Assembly: GCA_041690595.1 (NCBI GenBank)
Contig: JAWLHB010000064.1
Span: forward strand, 1 to 33,618
Reading direction: 5' to 3'
DNA: 33,618 nucleotides
Origin: Lentisphaeria bacterium
Lineage (GTDB): Bacteria > Verrucomicrobiota > Lentisphaeria > JABSQK01 > JAWLHB01
The notes under the pieces are model-generated. The model did no database searches, was not told where the DNA came from, and saw only the letters and a program-made list of their open reading frames with translations. Positions 17,218 to 27,451 of the stretch are shown here, piece by piece. How positions within the stretch are numbered: the first letter of the stretch is position 1; every line of letters begins with the position of its first letter. The position numbers and the translations under genes are program-made.

Positions 17218-20200
17218 TCACAGGGCACGTTTGACAGGCTGATGGTGGCGGTTTGGCGTGATGACGATCATGCGGTAGTCATGATGTGACGCCTTGAGCG
17301 TGATTGTACCGTCGACGTGGAGATCAATCACCTGTTCACGGTCCGGGTAGACATTAACCGGTTTGCCATCGTCGTCAATGTAGGAGTAGGTGGCGATCGC
17401 TTCCGCGTCCGTCACGCGCCAATGGGCAACTGGCGGCAGGGCAAGGGCTTGGGCATCGAGCGTGACGGTGGTTTCCACGGCGGATCGGTTGCGGGTGAAG
17501 GCGACGGGTATGAGCATGACCGCGCCATCGCGCACCCAGGCGGAGATCTGCACATCCGGATTGTCCCACTGGATTGCCGGATGCTTCTCCCAGTAGCCGA
17601 TGAAGCGCGTGCCTGGCTCGTTGAAGCCGAAGCGGTGGCGTGCCTGGAACCACGCTTCCGGCATCTGGTAGCCGGTCATCGGCAGCAGGTCGTGAAGTTG
17701 CATGCCGGCAACGTACGAGCGCCAGAGGTTACTGAAGGTGTAGCGGAAGCCGTCCTTCCAGTGGCGGGCGTTGGTGAATTCCGTCTTATAGGTGACGGCG
17801 ACACCCATGCCATGCGGCACCAGAGCACGGAGGCGATCGAGCGGCCAGGCGTCGAGGTACGTGCGGTTCTGCTGGGCGGTGACCGGGTTATCCTCGCCGT
17901 CGAGCGCGATGTCTATCGGCCCGAGCCACGGAGCGACAGGGTTGTGCGTCATGTGGGTGACGATCCAGCCCTGCTTGCCGTGCTCGGCGAAGACGGCGCG
18001 CATGCGCAGGAAGTAGCGGCGGATACCGAACATGTTGTAGCCCGGCTGAACGCGGCCGTCGGGCAGATAGTAGCCGCGGCCCGCTTCGACGTTATGGCAG
18101 ACAGCGGGGTAAACGTTGTCGGAGTAGTAACCGTCGATATCGCACTGGGTGATCCACTCGTCAAGCTTGTAGATCCAGAAGTCGATCAGCGAGTCGTCGT
18201 AAAAGATGTGCCAGGATCCCTTGCTGTTCCAATGTTCGGCGAAGTAACGCGCCTCGGGAATGCGGTGATGGATGGTCTCATTATGGCGGCCGTAGGGGAT
18301 GGCCGGCTGCGAGTAGAGGCTGAGCATGCGCGGACGGCTGCGGTACTGCTCGACCTGCTTGCGCGTGGCCTCCGGATCGTAACTCCACGGAACGGGCGAG
18401 AGCATGCGCGTAGAGTTGATGGTCTTGGCGGACTGCCAGTCCTGGAAGGAGTCGCCGAAGTCATAGATGCGCTGGCGCCAATGCGGGTCGAGCGGCTTCA
18501 CCGGCGTCGCCTGGAAGGCAAAGGTGATGGTGCGCGGTGCATCGATGGTGAAGGGGCTGCTGATCAGATTGAAGATCAGGTCGACGCTCTGGTCGCTGTC
18601 GCGGCGGACGGTGATGGCGGGGGCCTCGTCGGAGGGCACCCAGCCGGCGTCGGTGTCGGCGAACCAGCTCAGACCGCGGTGCGAATCGCCGATCCAGATG
18701 TACGGCACGAACGAGCCGACGGTCATCCGCTGGCCATCGATGCGATAGGCGTTCCAGAGCTCGCCCTGCTCGTTGCTGAGCGGGGTGTGGTTGTAGCCCC
18801 AGCGGATGCCTTCGCCGCAGCTCGAGAGGTAGTGCGCATGCTCGGGGGCGAGCGGGACGACCATGCGAAGGTTGTCGACGGCTACCTCGCCCTCGGGCGT
18901 CAAGGTCATAGTGATCTTGTACATACCATCGAACTCGACGGAGATGTCGCTGCTGACGCTGAGCTTGCCGAGAGCGCTGGTGGCGTTGACGCTGGCCTTG
19001 TGATCGGCTTCAGAGAGCGTCTGCAGGTTCGGCTTGCCGGAGGCGGTGGCCTCACCGGTTTCGAGCCGGATGGGCGCGGCGAGGAGGTTCTCACCGTTGG
19101 CGACGATGGACGACGGCAGGCCGGCGGCGCCGACGGTCATGCTGCGCCCCCAGACGCTGAAGGTGCCGTCGCGCAGCTCAACTGGTGTCCACGGCTCGAT
19201 GACACGGTCGATGCTGCCCTTGCCCGTCTTCCACCACGGGAATTCTTTCTTATGATCCTTCTTCTCGAATTCCGTCACCTGCTCGACCACGACCGTGCCG
19301 TCGGCGGAGATGCAGACGAGGCTGGCGATATACTTGCCCGGCGCCAGATCCGGCAGCGGAATGACCTCTCGCACAAAGGCGTTCTCGTCGATCGCGAACT
19401 GCCCGTCAGCGACGGCGTTGCCGCTCTTGGTCTTGACCGTGACGGTGGTCGTGGCGATCTCATCGCGGGCGTCGAAGTTGATGAAATCGCCGTTGACGCG
19501 CAGGTAGTCCTTCACCGGATTGAGGACGAGCGAGAGGCTGACCTGCTCGCCGAGATCGTCATCAAAGGTGGCATCAGCGATATCGGGCTGGCTGATACCG
19601 CGGCTCGCCAACCAATCCAGCAGCAGCGTCTCGCCGACGGTCACGTTGAGGCGGAAATCGCCTTGGCCGAAGGTATCGAGGTCGAGAGTGTCGACACCGA
19701 GCATGAATTCCCCGCCCCCGAGGGCAAACGAGCCGCTCTTGTCGACACCGCTGTCACTTTGAAACTGCCAGTTGATCGTTGCTTTGCTACCGAATGCCCC
19801 CAGTTTAAGCCCCAGCGTCTGGGCATCGCGGTCGACGACATCGAGCACATGGAGCGCCGGGATGTCCTGCTTCAGGACGAACTTGGTGTAGGTTGCGGTG
19901 TTGCTGAAGACCTCTGCCGATTCGATGCTGTTCTGCTCCCATGGGCTTTGAAGTTGCGGGCGAGCAGGCCGCGGATTTCCTGCCCGTCCCGGAAGGGCTC
20001 GGGCGAGAGAATCGAGGTGTGCGGAATCGCCACTTCCATCTCCCAGGCGCGGCCGTCCGGTGTTTCTGTAATGCGGCTGTGCGGCGTCCACCCGGTCTCG
20101 AAGGAGAGGCGGCGTGTGCCGACTTCCGGGAGATACGCGGCGTCGTACTTCTCACCGGCGTAGTTGCCGATGTACTGGATGTACGCGGCCAGCCCGCCGG

Positions 20201-20594
20201 CGAGCTTGCCCCCGGTGTCGAAGTAAAACTCGTAGCTGTCGTCCATGACCACGAACGGATCGCCGCCCTCGCCGCGGAAGCTCTGGATGGGGCGCTCGCC
20301 CTTGCGCATCCATGAGCGCATGGCGATATAGAGGTTGTCCTTGTCCCAACACAGCCAGTAGCGCGTCGGGCGCGCCGAAAGCTGGCCGCGGCGGGCGCGG
20401 AGGAGATTCAGCGAGACAGCGCCGATCCACTCCGCGTCGTCCACCATGCCGTCGATCTTCGGTAGTGTCGCGACATGCGGGACGACGACGGTTGGTGTCG
20501 AGAAAGTGGCCGCAATCGGCGTTTGCTCAGGTTCATCGGCAAAGGCAGTCAGCGCCAGTGCCAGGCAGGTGAGGAGTCGGCCCGGGTGGGTCAT
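17218..20594 (-). pseudogene. Secreted CBM9/DOMON-like plus DUF6067-like putative glycoside hydrolase (~1125 aa) split by a single-base frameshift near 19946
   Basis: The 5' ORF has a signal peptide and PKIDG..DDAEW, WDKDNLYIA, DDSYEFYFD, WEMEVAIP, ARNFK. Protein-like sequence continues in another frame as PWEQNSIE... at AAC TTC AAA GC CCA TGG. The 3' part is collinear with 27448..31047. Confidence 0.8.
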
Positions 20595-20603
20595 GTTGGT
20601 CTC

Positions 20604-22544
20604 TTATGTCTGGGGGTTCAAGATCGTGGGACAGGCGACGCGGTCGCCATTTACGATGAGCTCATCGGAGGCGCTGTCAGCGACGACGGTTGTGCCGTCA
20701 TCGAAGGTGGTCTGGCGTTTATCACCGTCTTGGATGAAGCTGCTGATTGCCATGCGTTTGAGATGCCCGAAACGGGTGATGCAGAGATCGTACACAGCCT
20801 TGAGCCGGGCAGCACGGTCACCGTCGAAGACTGGCATGACGCCGGGGCGAGTCGACCATTCATCGCGTGGCACGCGGCCGAAGAGGACGCATTCCTGGAC
20901 GTTCGCCCACGAGACACCGCCGCGCGCTTCGCAGACGGTCAGGCCGCTGAAGACGAGCTGCCAGATCGGTACCACATCGCCGTGCGCGAGCAGGCTGTGG
21001 ATCGGCCAGTCGGGCTTCCAGTGCGTGATGTGCCACGGCTCGCCGCAGGTCGCGATGTGATCCGCCGCCACCGCGCACGGCATGAAGCCGAATTCCGTAC
21101 CGCAGGCACCGAATACGCGGCGTGCCTCTTCGACAATACGCACCTGGCCCGCCGAGCAATCGCTGCGTGGCCCGCCGTGTCTGGGATGGTAGTTGACCTC
21201 GAGCGGCTTCTGCATGTAGTCGACATACAGCATCCCGCGAAGCCCAAACTCACGCATCCGCTCCATGTGCCCGCCGAGCCGTTCGTGTGGCAGGGCCAGC
21301 CCCCAGCTGCCGCATTCCGGGCCGCCAGCCCAATGGCCCTGGATCAGCGGCTCGCCGTAAATGTCCTGAACAACCAGATCTGGGTCGAATGCCGGGCTCG
21401 AGAGGTTATTCATCATGAAATTGTCGTGGATCTGCATGTGGTAACCGAGCGCATTGCCATGCTTGATCAGGCGGCGGAAGGCAGCCTCACCGCCGACGCG
21501 CGGCTCGATGGGGAAGCGCTCAGGATACAGGCCGTCGTGCCCGCGAGCGTTCCAGCCGACACTCTGTGTGAGGATCTTGTCGACGCCGAGATCGGAGAGC
21601 TTCCTCAACGCCGCGTTTGCTTCGTCGAAGGTCATACAGAGCTTGAAGCGCGCCTGGTTCTCTCGTCCCTGCATCATGTAGCCGTCGTTCTGGACGCCGT
21701 AGAAGAGCTTCATGATGAATGCCTCCAGCAAGTACGCCACTTCCGGCGACTCCGTCGCGCGCGCCTCCAGAGTCTTCTTACCGTGGTCATCGATCACATG
21801 ACGACGGATGCGTCGGGCACAGGCCAGCACCGGGTCATCCGCCGCCGCAAGTGGGACAATGCGGATCTCGCGCGAGACGTGATCGACCGGATCTACCCAT
21901 GTGCGCCGGAGCGTCATGGCAAAGCCTGTCTCGCCGCCACCGTCGCCATCGGCATTGAATTGACAACGCGCGTCGCATGCCCCCTCCCGCACCAGTGCCA
22001 TCAGGCCGCCATCGGCATTGTGGGCCGCGCAGAACGGCAGCGTGGGAGTCAGCTCCCAGCGCGGCTGCTCACCGTAAATCAGGAACTGGTCCTGACACGC
22101 CGGCGCCTCGGTCAGGTCACAGACAAAGCCGGTATTCAGCGGCAGCACGAGCTTCGCGCCGGCGCCGCTCACCCGCATCAGCCCGGGGAGCAGATCCACC
22201 GCAAACAACCGGAACATCCCGGGCGCGCCTTCGTAGACCTCGATGATCGGCAACGACACCCGTAGCTCGCCCGCCTCGAGACGCAGCCAAACGCCCGCCT
22301 CGATGTCGCAACGCGGCATCCGCACCACGATGTGCAACTCGCCGTCTGCCTCCTCCGCCAGCATCACCTTCAGTCTTTCGTACCGCTCCTCGCGGCGCAG
22401 CGCCTTGTCGTGGATCTCCAGCGCCAGCAATGGCACCTTCGGCCACTCCCGCCCCGACCGCTCATCGCGCAGGCGGACCAGCAACTGCCCATCAGTTGCC
22501 TCCACCTTCACCACAAAGGCCTCTGATTTCAGCCAATACTCCAT
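20604..22544 (-). CDS. DUF5696-like putative glycoside hydrolase (GH101/GH129-related TIM barrel)
   Basis: MTFDEA, GWNARGHDGLYPERFPIEPRVGGEAAFRRLI, GYHMQIHDNF, GMLYVD, VPIWQLVF, TTFDDGTTVV. Confidence 0.7.
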   Translation of the reverse strand: MEYWLKSEAFVVKVEATDGQLLVRLRDERSGREWPKVPLLALEIHDKALRREERYERLKVMLAEEADGELHIVVRMPRCDIEAGVWLRLEAGELRVSLPIIEVYEGAPGMFRLFAVDLLPGLMRVSGAGAKLVLPLNTGFVCDLTEAPACQDQFLIYGEQPRWELTPTLPFCAAHNADGGLMALVREGACDARCQFNADGDGGGETGFAMTLRRTWVDPVDHVSREIRIVPLAAADDPVLACARRIRRHVIDDHGKKTLEARATESPEVAYLLEAFIMKLFYGVQNDGYMMQGRENQARFKLCMTFDEANAALRKLSDLGVDKILTQSVGWNARGHDGLYPERFPIEPRVGGEAAFRRLIKHGNALGYHMQIHDNFMMNNLSSPAFDPDLVVQDIYGEPLIQGHWAGGPECGSWGLALPHERLGGHMERMREFGLRGMLYVDYMQKPLEVNYHPRHGGPRSDCSAGQVRIVEEARRVFGACGTEFGFMPCAVAADHIATCGEPWHITHWKPDWPIHSLLAHGDVVPIWQLVFSGLTVCEARGGVSWANVQECVLFGRVPRDEWSTRPGVMPVFDGDRAARLKAVYDLCITRFGHLKRMAISSFIQDGDKRQTTFDDGTTVVADSASDELIVNGDRVACPTILNPQT

Positions 22545-22556
22545 ACAGATTTGATC

Positions 22557-24086
22557 CTATAGATAGTTGATTTGGGGCGAATGTTGAAGAAGGCCATAGT
22601 GGATTTTCCCGTCTCGGTTGATGAAGTGACCGTGCCGGAACTGCCGCTGTGGCGCGCGATCGGAGTAGTTGGCAAACGCGGTTGCCGGGCGCGTGGTCGT
22701 AACCAGCCGGTCAAACAGAAGCCGCTCCATTTCCCGAACCTTGTCGGCATGGTCCAAATCGAAATAGAGGTTGCGCCTTTCCCATGGATCGTCAGCCAGG
22801 TTATACAACTCCCCGAAACCGTCGGGATAGTCGACGGCAAACATTTGCTTGGGGTAATAGACGTAACGGTACGATCCTTGGCGCAGGCTCTTGCTCCAGG
22901 CGAATTCCGTCAGCCCCAGGGCATCCTTGTCCAGCGCCTTTCCTTGCAGCAGAGGAGTAAGATCGCGACCGTCACAGCTCTCCATCGCGGGAAGACCAAT
23001 CAGGCTGCAGATCGTGTTGCACAGGTCGACGGATTCCACGACTTCGTCGACAACCGTTCCTGGGCGGCAGGCACCCGGCCAGCGCCAGATGAAAGGAACC
23101 CGCGTGATGGCATCCGAGCAGATGCCCGGCGCCTTTTCCATGATGCCGTGTTCGCAGGCATAGTCGCCGTGATCGCTTGAGTAGACGACAATGGTGTTAT
23201 CCGCAAGTCCGTTGGCGTCCAACCAGTCAAGCAACTCGCCCACAGCGTGATCGACCTGACTGACGCAGCCGAGATACCCTCTGAGCTTTCGCAGACGTCC
23301 CGCTTCGAACGTGTGCGGCGCCGAGCGTGTCCACTTGCCATCGCGGTAACTCTTTGCCGTCTCGATCAGGTGCGGAGCTTTGCCCTCCATCTCATAGTCC
23401 GCATTGGGCGGCAAGTGAAGGCTCTGCTCGTCATACATATCCCAGAATTCCTGCGCTGGCGCATAGACCTGGTGCGGCTTTGGAAAGCTGGCATGCAAAA
23501 TGAACGGGCGCCCTTCCGCGACCGATGCCTGCATGAAGTCGACACATTGCGTTACACACCAACCTTCGGCCGTGCTCCGGTAGGGAATCGTGGAGGCGAA
23601 ACCGTCCAGGCACTGGTAACGGCCCTGTGGATCTCTTGTCGCGACGCAACGTTCAAGGTCATCCAGCAGGTCCATCTTTTCCACGTAGCGCATGTACTGT
23701 GGGTTGCTGCCGATGCTGCAGCCGCCACAAACTTCGAGGAACAGGTCGCTGTCGTCCTCGACCCAGTACTCGGGGCAGTGAATCTTGCCGATGGCAGCGC
23801 TGCGGTAGCCCTGTTGCCGCACGTGTCCAAGCAGCGTCGGCAACCCATCCGGCTTATGTCCGCAGAGCCCATAGTAGCCATGATTGTGACAATACTGTCC
23901 TGACAGGAAGCACATCCGGCTGGGCGTACAGATTGGATTCTGGACGATCGCGTTGTCAAAGCGGACCCCCTCTGTCGCGAGGCGGTCCAAGTTTGGCGTC
24001 TTGACATCGGGATGATTCTTGTGCCCCAGAACCTTTGCGTTGTGCTGATCGCTCAGGATGAAGAGAACATTCGGGGGCTTACTCAT
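22557..24086 (-). CDS. Formylglycine-dependent (S1) sulfatase, Cys type, no signal peptide
   Basis: PNVLFILSDQH, TPNLDRLATEG, CTPSR, GKIH, KPH, SDHG, GELYNLADDPWE. Confidence 0.95.
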   Translation of the reverse strand: MSKPPNVLFILSDQHNAKVLGHKNHPDVKTPNLDRLATEGVRFDNAIVQNPICTPSRMCFLSGQYCHNHGYYGLCGHKPDGLPTLLGHVRQQGYRSAAIGKIHCPEYWVEDDSDLFLEVCGGCSIGSNPQYMRYVEKMDLLDDLERCVATRDPQGRYQCLDGFASTIPYRSTAEGWCVTQCVDFMQASVAEGRPFILHASFPKPHQVYAPAQEFWDMYDEQSLHLPPNADYEMEGKAPHLIETAKSYRDGKWTRSAPHTFEAGRLRKLRGYLGCVSQVDHAVGELLDWLDANGLADNTIVVYSSDHGDYACEHGIMEKAPGICSDAITRVPFIWRWPGACRPGTVVDEVVESVDLCNTICSLIGLPAMESCDGRDLTPLLQGKALDKDALGLTEFAWSKSLRQGSYRYVYYPKQMFAVDYPDGFGELYNLADDPWERRNLYFDLDHADKVREMERLLFDRLVTTTRPATAFANYSDRAPQRQFRHGHFINRDGKIHYGLLQHSPQINYL

Positions 24087-24092
24087 GGGACG

Positions 24093-26051
24093 TCACCAGG
24101 TAGTAAGAAGGTGGTCGATGGCTTGGCTGTAGGCATCCGGGGCGCCGTGCATGAAGCTATAGCCGATGAAAAGGTGTTTCCGGTCGGCGGGGAGGTTGAC
24201 GAGGTTGTGCCAGGCGGCGAGGCCCCCCATGGCGTGGACGGTGGTGTCGCCGACATTGAAGCCGATATAGGTGGGGATCGTGATGCGCGGGCAGAAGTTG
24301 ACGGCATCGTAGTAGCTGAGCGTGATTTTGAGATGGTCGAGCGTCTGGCCTTCGGGAAGCTGGCCGAGCTTGGGTCCGAAGGACCAATAGCTACTGAGGA
24401 TTTCGTGGAATTGGCAGGCGGCTGGGCACATGGAGAAGCAAGCGTCGACGCGTTTGTCAAGGCCGGCGGTGACCAATGCGAGCGTCCCGCCCTGGCTGCC
24501 GCCGGAGACGGCGAGGCGATCCATATCGACCATGTCAGGGCGGGTTTCGAGGTAGTCGATGGCGCGCACCATGCTGCAGTACCAGCTCCGTGCCACATAG
24601 TCGTCGCGGCTGCTCATATCGCCCCACCATTGCGGGTGCTGCGGAATGTCGGGCTGATCCGGTTCGAAGCCGCGGATGAAGGGGAAGAAGCCGACGAAGT
24701 TGCCCGTCCGCTCGTGCTCGGCGGAGCCGTAGACGCCGTCCTTCTTCTTGACGGGATATCCCGTCATGTTCGGGTGCGCGGTGAGGCGGGCGGGGAGCGG
24801 GCCGGCGGCGCCCTTCGGGATCATCAGGCCGGCGTGAATGCGCTGGCGATTCCAGCTCAGGAAGGTGACGTGGTAGACCTCCTGGGTCGGGTGGTCGCGC
24901 AAGTGCTCGACCCGTTCGATAGTCGCGTCGAGCGGGATCGTCGCCAGCTCGTTCAGCGTCGCCTCCCAGAACGCATCGAAGTCGTCTGGACGGCGGATGT
25001 TCGGCTCGTAGGCTTCGGGCTCGTAAAGCATGCGGTAGCGATCCGTCCAGATGACATGGCCATCGGCGTCACAGAGTCTCCCCCAGACCTCGCTGATGCC
25101 GGGAATGGAGAACTCAGGGGCAAAGGCGACGCGGATCTTGCCGGTATCGTTGATCGTGACCTGCTGGCTGAAGTGGTCTTTGCCCAGCGAGTGGACAATG
25201 CGCAGATCGGCGAAACCGGTGAACGGCTTCCCGCCGCGCCACTCGAAGGTCATGCCGAAGTCGAGGTCGGTGGACGCGCGATAGACGGGGTTAATGACGC
25301 CGTCGGCAGCTTTATCGTTGGTGCGTTCTTTGGGATCATCGGAGCTTATGATGTCGAAGCGCGGATTGTAGACGAGATTGGCGGCGGACGGCGTTTCGGG
25401 GTGGAGAGTCAGCTTGTTATCGGCAACATCCGCGGAATCGAAGCCGATGGCCCAGCAGGTTGTGCCATCGATCGTGACCTTACCGGCGAGGCATGGACCG
25501 TCGACCCGCACCGCCGCGCCGCCACGGTGGACGACGAGGGCGGAGGGGACGCGTTCCAGCTTCTCGAGATCGACCTCGCGGGCGCGGTCGCCGACGCGTT
25601 TTGCGCCGCGGCGGATGGTCTGGACGTCGTCGCTGAGCAGGATCAGGAAGCGGTAGTCGCGATCGCCGTTGCAAACGCCAGCGACGGTGAAGCTGCCGGC
25701 GTGCGAGTCGGTCATGACGCGCACCATGTAGTTGCCGTCGTTCATCGCCAGGTGCTGGCCGACGAAATGGGTCGGCCCGAGGTTGCTCAGGAAGGCGACG
25801 TCGGGGAAGTGGGCGATTGTCTCCTCGCCCATGACAAAGCGGACGGGCGCGTCGTTGCGGATGAAGTGCTGGTCGCCGACGCTCAGCCCGGCGAGGGATT
25901 TTCCCGGGCTCATGGTCAGTGTCCACTCGGGCATGCGATAGTGCCAATCAGCGTTCGGCTGTTCGAGAAAGGTGCCGAGCATGGTCGGGGCGGCGGTGCT
26001 CATGGTGATCCATCCAAGGAGGGTAACAAGACTATATCTTATCACCTGCAT
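24093..26051 (-). CDS. CE7/acetylxylan-esterase-like alpha/beta hydrolase with long uncharacterised N-terminal region, probably secreted
   Basis: RPDDFDAFWEATLNEL, RAIDYLETRPD, GGSQGG nucleophile, YYDAVNFCPRI, VGDTT (Asp), MHG (His). Confidence 0.85.
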   Translation of the reverse strand: MQVIRYSLVTLLGWITMSTAAPTMLGTFLEQPNADWHYRMPEWTLTMSPGKSLAGLSVGDQHFIRNDAPVRFVMGEETIAHFPDVAFLSNLGPTHFVGQHLAMNDGNYMVRVMTDSHAGSFTVAGVCNGDRDYRFLILLSDDVQTIRRGAKRVGDRAREVDLEKLERVPSALVVHRGGAAVRVDGPCLAGKVTIDGTTCWAIGFDSADVADNKLTLHPETPSAANLVYNPRFDIISSDDPKERTNDKAADGVINPVYRASTDLDFGMTFEWRGGKPFTGFADLRIVHSLGKDHFSQQVTINDTGKIRVAFAPEFSIPGISEVWGRLCDADGHVIWTDRYRMLYEPEAYEPNIRRPDDFDAFWEATLNELATIPLDATIERVEHLRDHPTQEVYHVTFLSWNRQRIHAGLMIPKGAAGPLPARLTAHPNMTGYPVKKKDGVYGSAEHERTGNFVGFFPFIRGFEPDQPDIPQHPQWWGDMSSRDDYVARSWYCSMVRAIDYLETRPDMVDMDRLAVSGGSQGGTLALVTAGLDKRVDACFSMCPAACQFHEILSSYWSFGPKLGQLPEGQTLDHLKITLSYYDAVNFCPRITIPTYIGFNVGDTTVHAMGGLAAWHNLVNLPADRKHLFIGYSFMHGAPDAYSQAIDHLLTTW

Positions 26052-27451
26052 GCGGCGACCGGATTTCGGCGGTTGGATTGTTCGCTGAACCAGGTATCGA
26101 GAGCGGTGCGCAGTTCGCCGAGCGGGGCGTCGGCTGGCGGATTCAGGAAGAGGTTGACGGCTTCACGAGGTGATTCCCTGAGGTCGTAGAGTTCGTAAAC
26201 CGTCTGGCCCCTGACAGTGTCGCGCATGAGTTTCCAGTGATCCTGCACGACGCAGGCGTTGGTCAATTGCTTGAAGAAGGTGCACGGCTGCCAGGCGGCG
26301 TTTTCGTCCATCAGCAGGGGCAGGAACGAGTGACCCTCACCGGCGGTTGCATTGGCGTTGTGGAAGTCGAGCAGCGTGGCGTTGAGATCGACGAGGTTGA
26401 CCGGACGCGTTTCACAACTGCCGTTGCGTGGGGAACTGGGGTGGCGGATGATCATCGGGACGTGGGCACTGCCTTCATAGCCGAGGCTCTTGAAGTAGTT
26501 GCCGAATTGTCCGGCGAAATCGCCGTGGTCGCTGGTGAAGACAATCATCGTGTCGTCCCAAAGCCCGCGCTCGCGGAGCGTCTCGAATAGCCGGCCGAGG
26601 TGATGGTCGATCATCGAGATATTGCCGTAATACGCAGCGAGAGCGCGCCGGTGGGTGGCTTCGTCCCAGCCCTGCTCCTTGCGGCGGCTGCGGCCTTCGG
26701 TGAAGAACGAGCAGTTCGCCATAATCGGCTTGTCTTCGATGGACGTGTGGAAGCTGGCGGGCAACTCGATGCCATCGGGATCGATCAAGCTCGCCCATGG
26801 TTCCGGGGGTGCATACGGCTGGTGCGGGCCGTAGATGGAGACGTTGAGGAAGAAGGGCGCGTCCGGCGGGTTCTCGAGGAAGCGGATGGTCTCGTCGACG
26901 GTCCAGGTGGTTGGGTGATCGGCTTCGTCGACAACGTTGGTGCCGACGATGAAGCGCCATTGGTCATTGGCGTACGCGGCTTCGTTGTTGCCGAATTGCT
27001 TCACTTTGTCGTCGACCCAGTCCTTGCCGTGGCGCGCTTCCATGTCGAGCAGGTAGGCGGATTCTTCCGCTTCGGCGGGCAGGTAATTGGTGTAGAAGGC
27101 GTCGCTGCGCTTGAAGGTGTCGAAGCCGAAATCGCGGTGGAACGGGTGCAGGTGCAGCTTGCCGACCAGGCCGGTGTGGACACCCGCGGCGCGCAGGTGA
27201 TCGGTGAGCAAGCGCTGATCCGGCGGGTCGAAATCGTCGATCCCTTTGGTAACGCCGTGGCCGTCGGGGTACTTGCCTGTGAACAGCGAGGCGCGGGATG
27301 GGCCGCAGGGCGCGGTGGCCGCATACGTCGAGGTGAAGCGCACGCCCTCAGCGGCCAGAGCGTCGAGGTTTGGCGTTTGCACATAGGGATGGCCGAAACA
27401 GCCGAGGCAGTCCCAGCGGTGCTGATCGGTCATGATGAGAATGGTGTTCAT
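26042..27451 (-). CDS. Formylglycine-dependent (S1) sulfatase, Cys type, no signal peptide
   Basis: NTILIMTDQHR, TPNLDALAAEG, CGPSRASLFTG, GKLH, GPH, SDHG. ATGA overlap with the upstream gene. Confidence 0.95.
   Translation of the reverse strand: MNTILIMTDQHRWDCLGCFGHPYVQTPNLDALAAEGVRFTSTYAATAPCGPSRASLFTGKYPDGHGVTKGIDDFDPPDQRLLTDHLRAAGVHTGLVGKLHLHPFHRDFGFDTFKRSDAFYTNYLPAEAEESAYLLDMEARHGKDWVDDKVKQFGNNEAAYANDQWRFIVGTNVVDEADHPTTWTVDETIRFLENPPDAPFFLNVSIYGPHQPYAPPEPWASLIDPDGIELPASFHTSIEDKPIMANCSFFTEGRSRRKEQGWDEATHRRALAAYYGNISMIDHHLGRLFETLRERGLWDDTMIVFTSDHGDFAGQFGNYFKSLGYEGSAHVPMIIRHPSSPRNGSCETRPVNLVDLNATLLDFHNANATAGEGHSFLPLLMDENAAWQPCTFFKQLTNACVVQDHWKLMRDTVRGQTVYELYDLRESPREAVNLFLNPPADAPLGELRTALDTWFSEQSNRRNPVAACR

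Noticed and set aside
17317..20163. 948-aa plus-strand ORF and other long antisense ORFs (20475..22265, 24012..26189, 10158..11360, 26600..27775, 32565..33608)
   Set aside because: They lie opposite well-supported genes and have no motifs. This is the shadow-ORF pattern expected from GC-rich codon usage.
24083..24598. Alternative-frame ORF whose stop overlaps the sulfatase ATG
   Set aside because: The translation is low-complexity and S/P/A-rich, and the esterase triad is complete in the main frame, so the overlap is probably chance.
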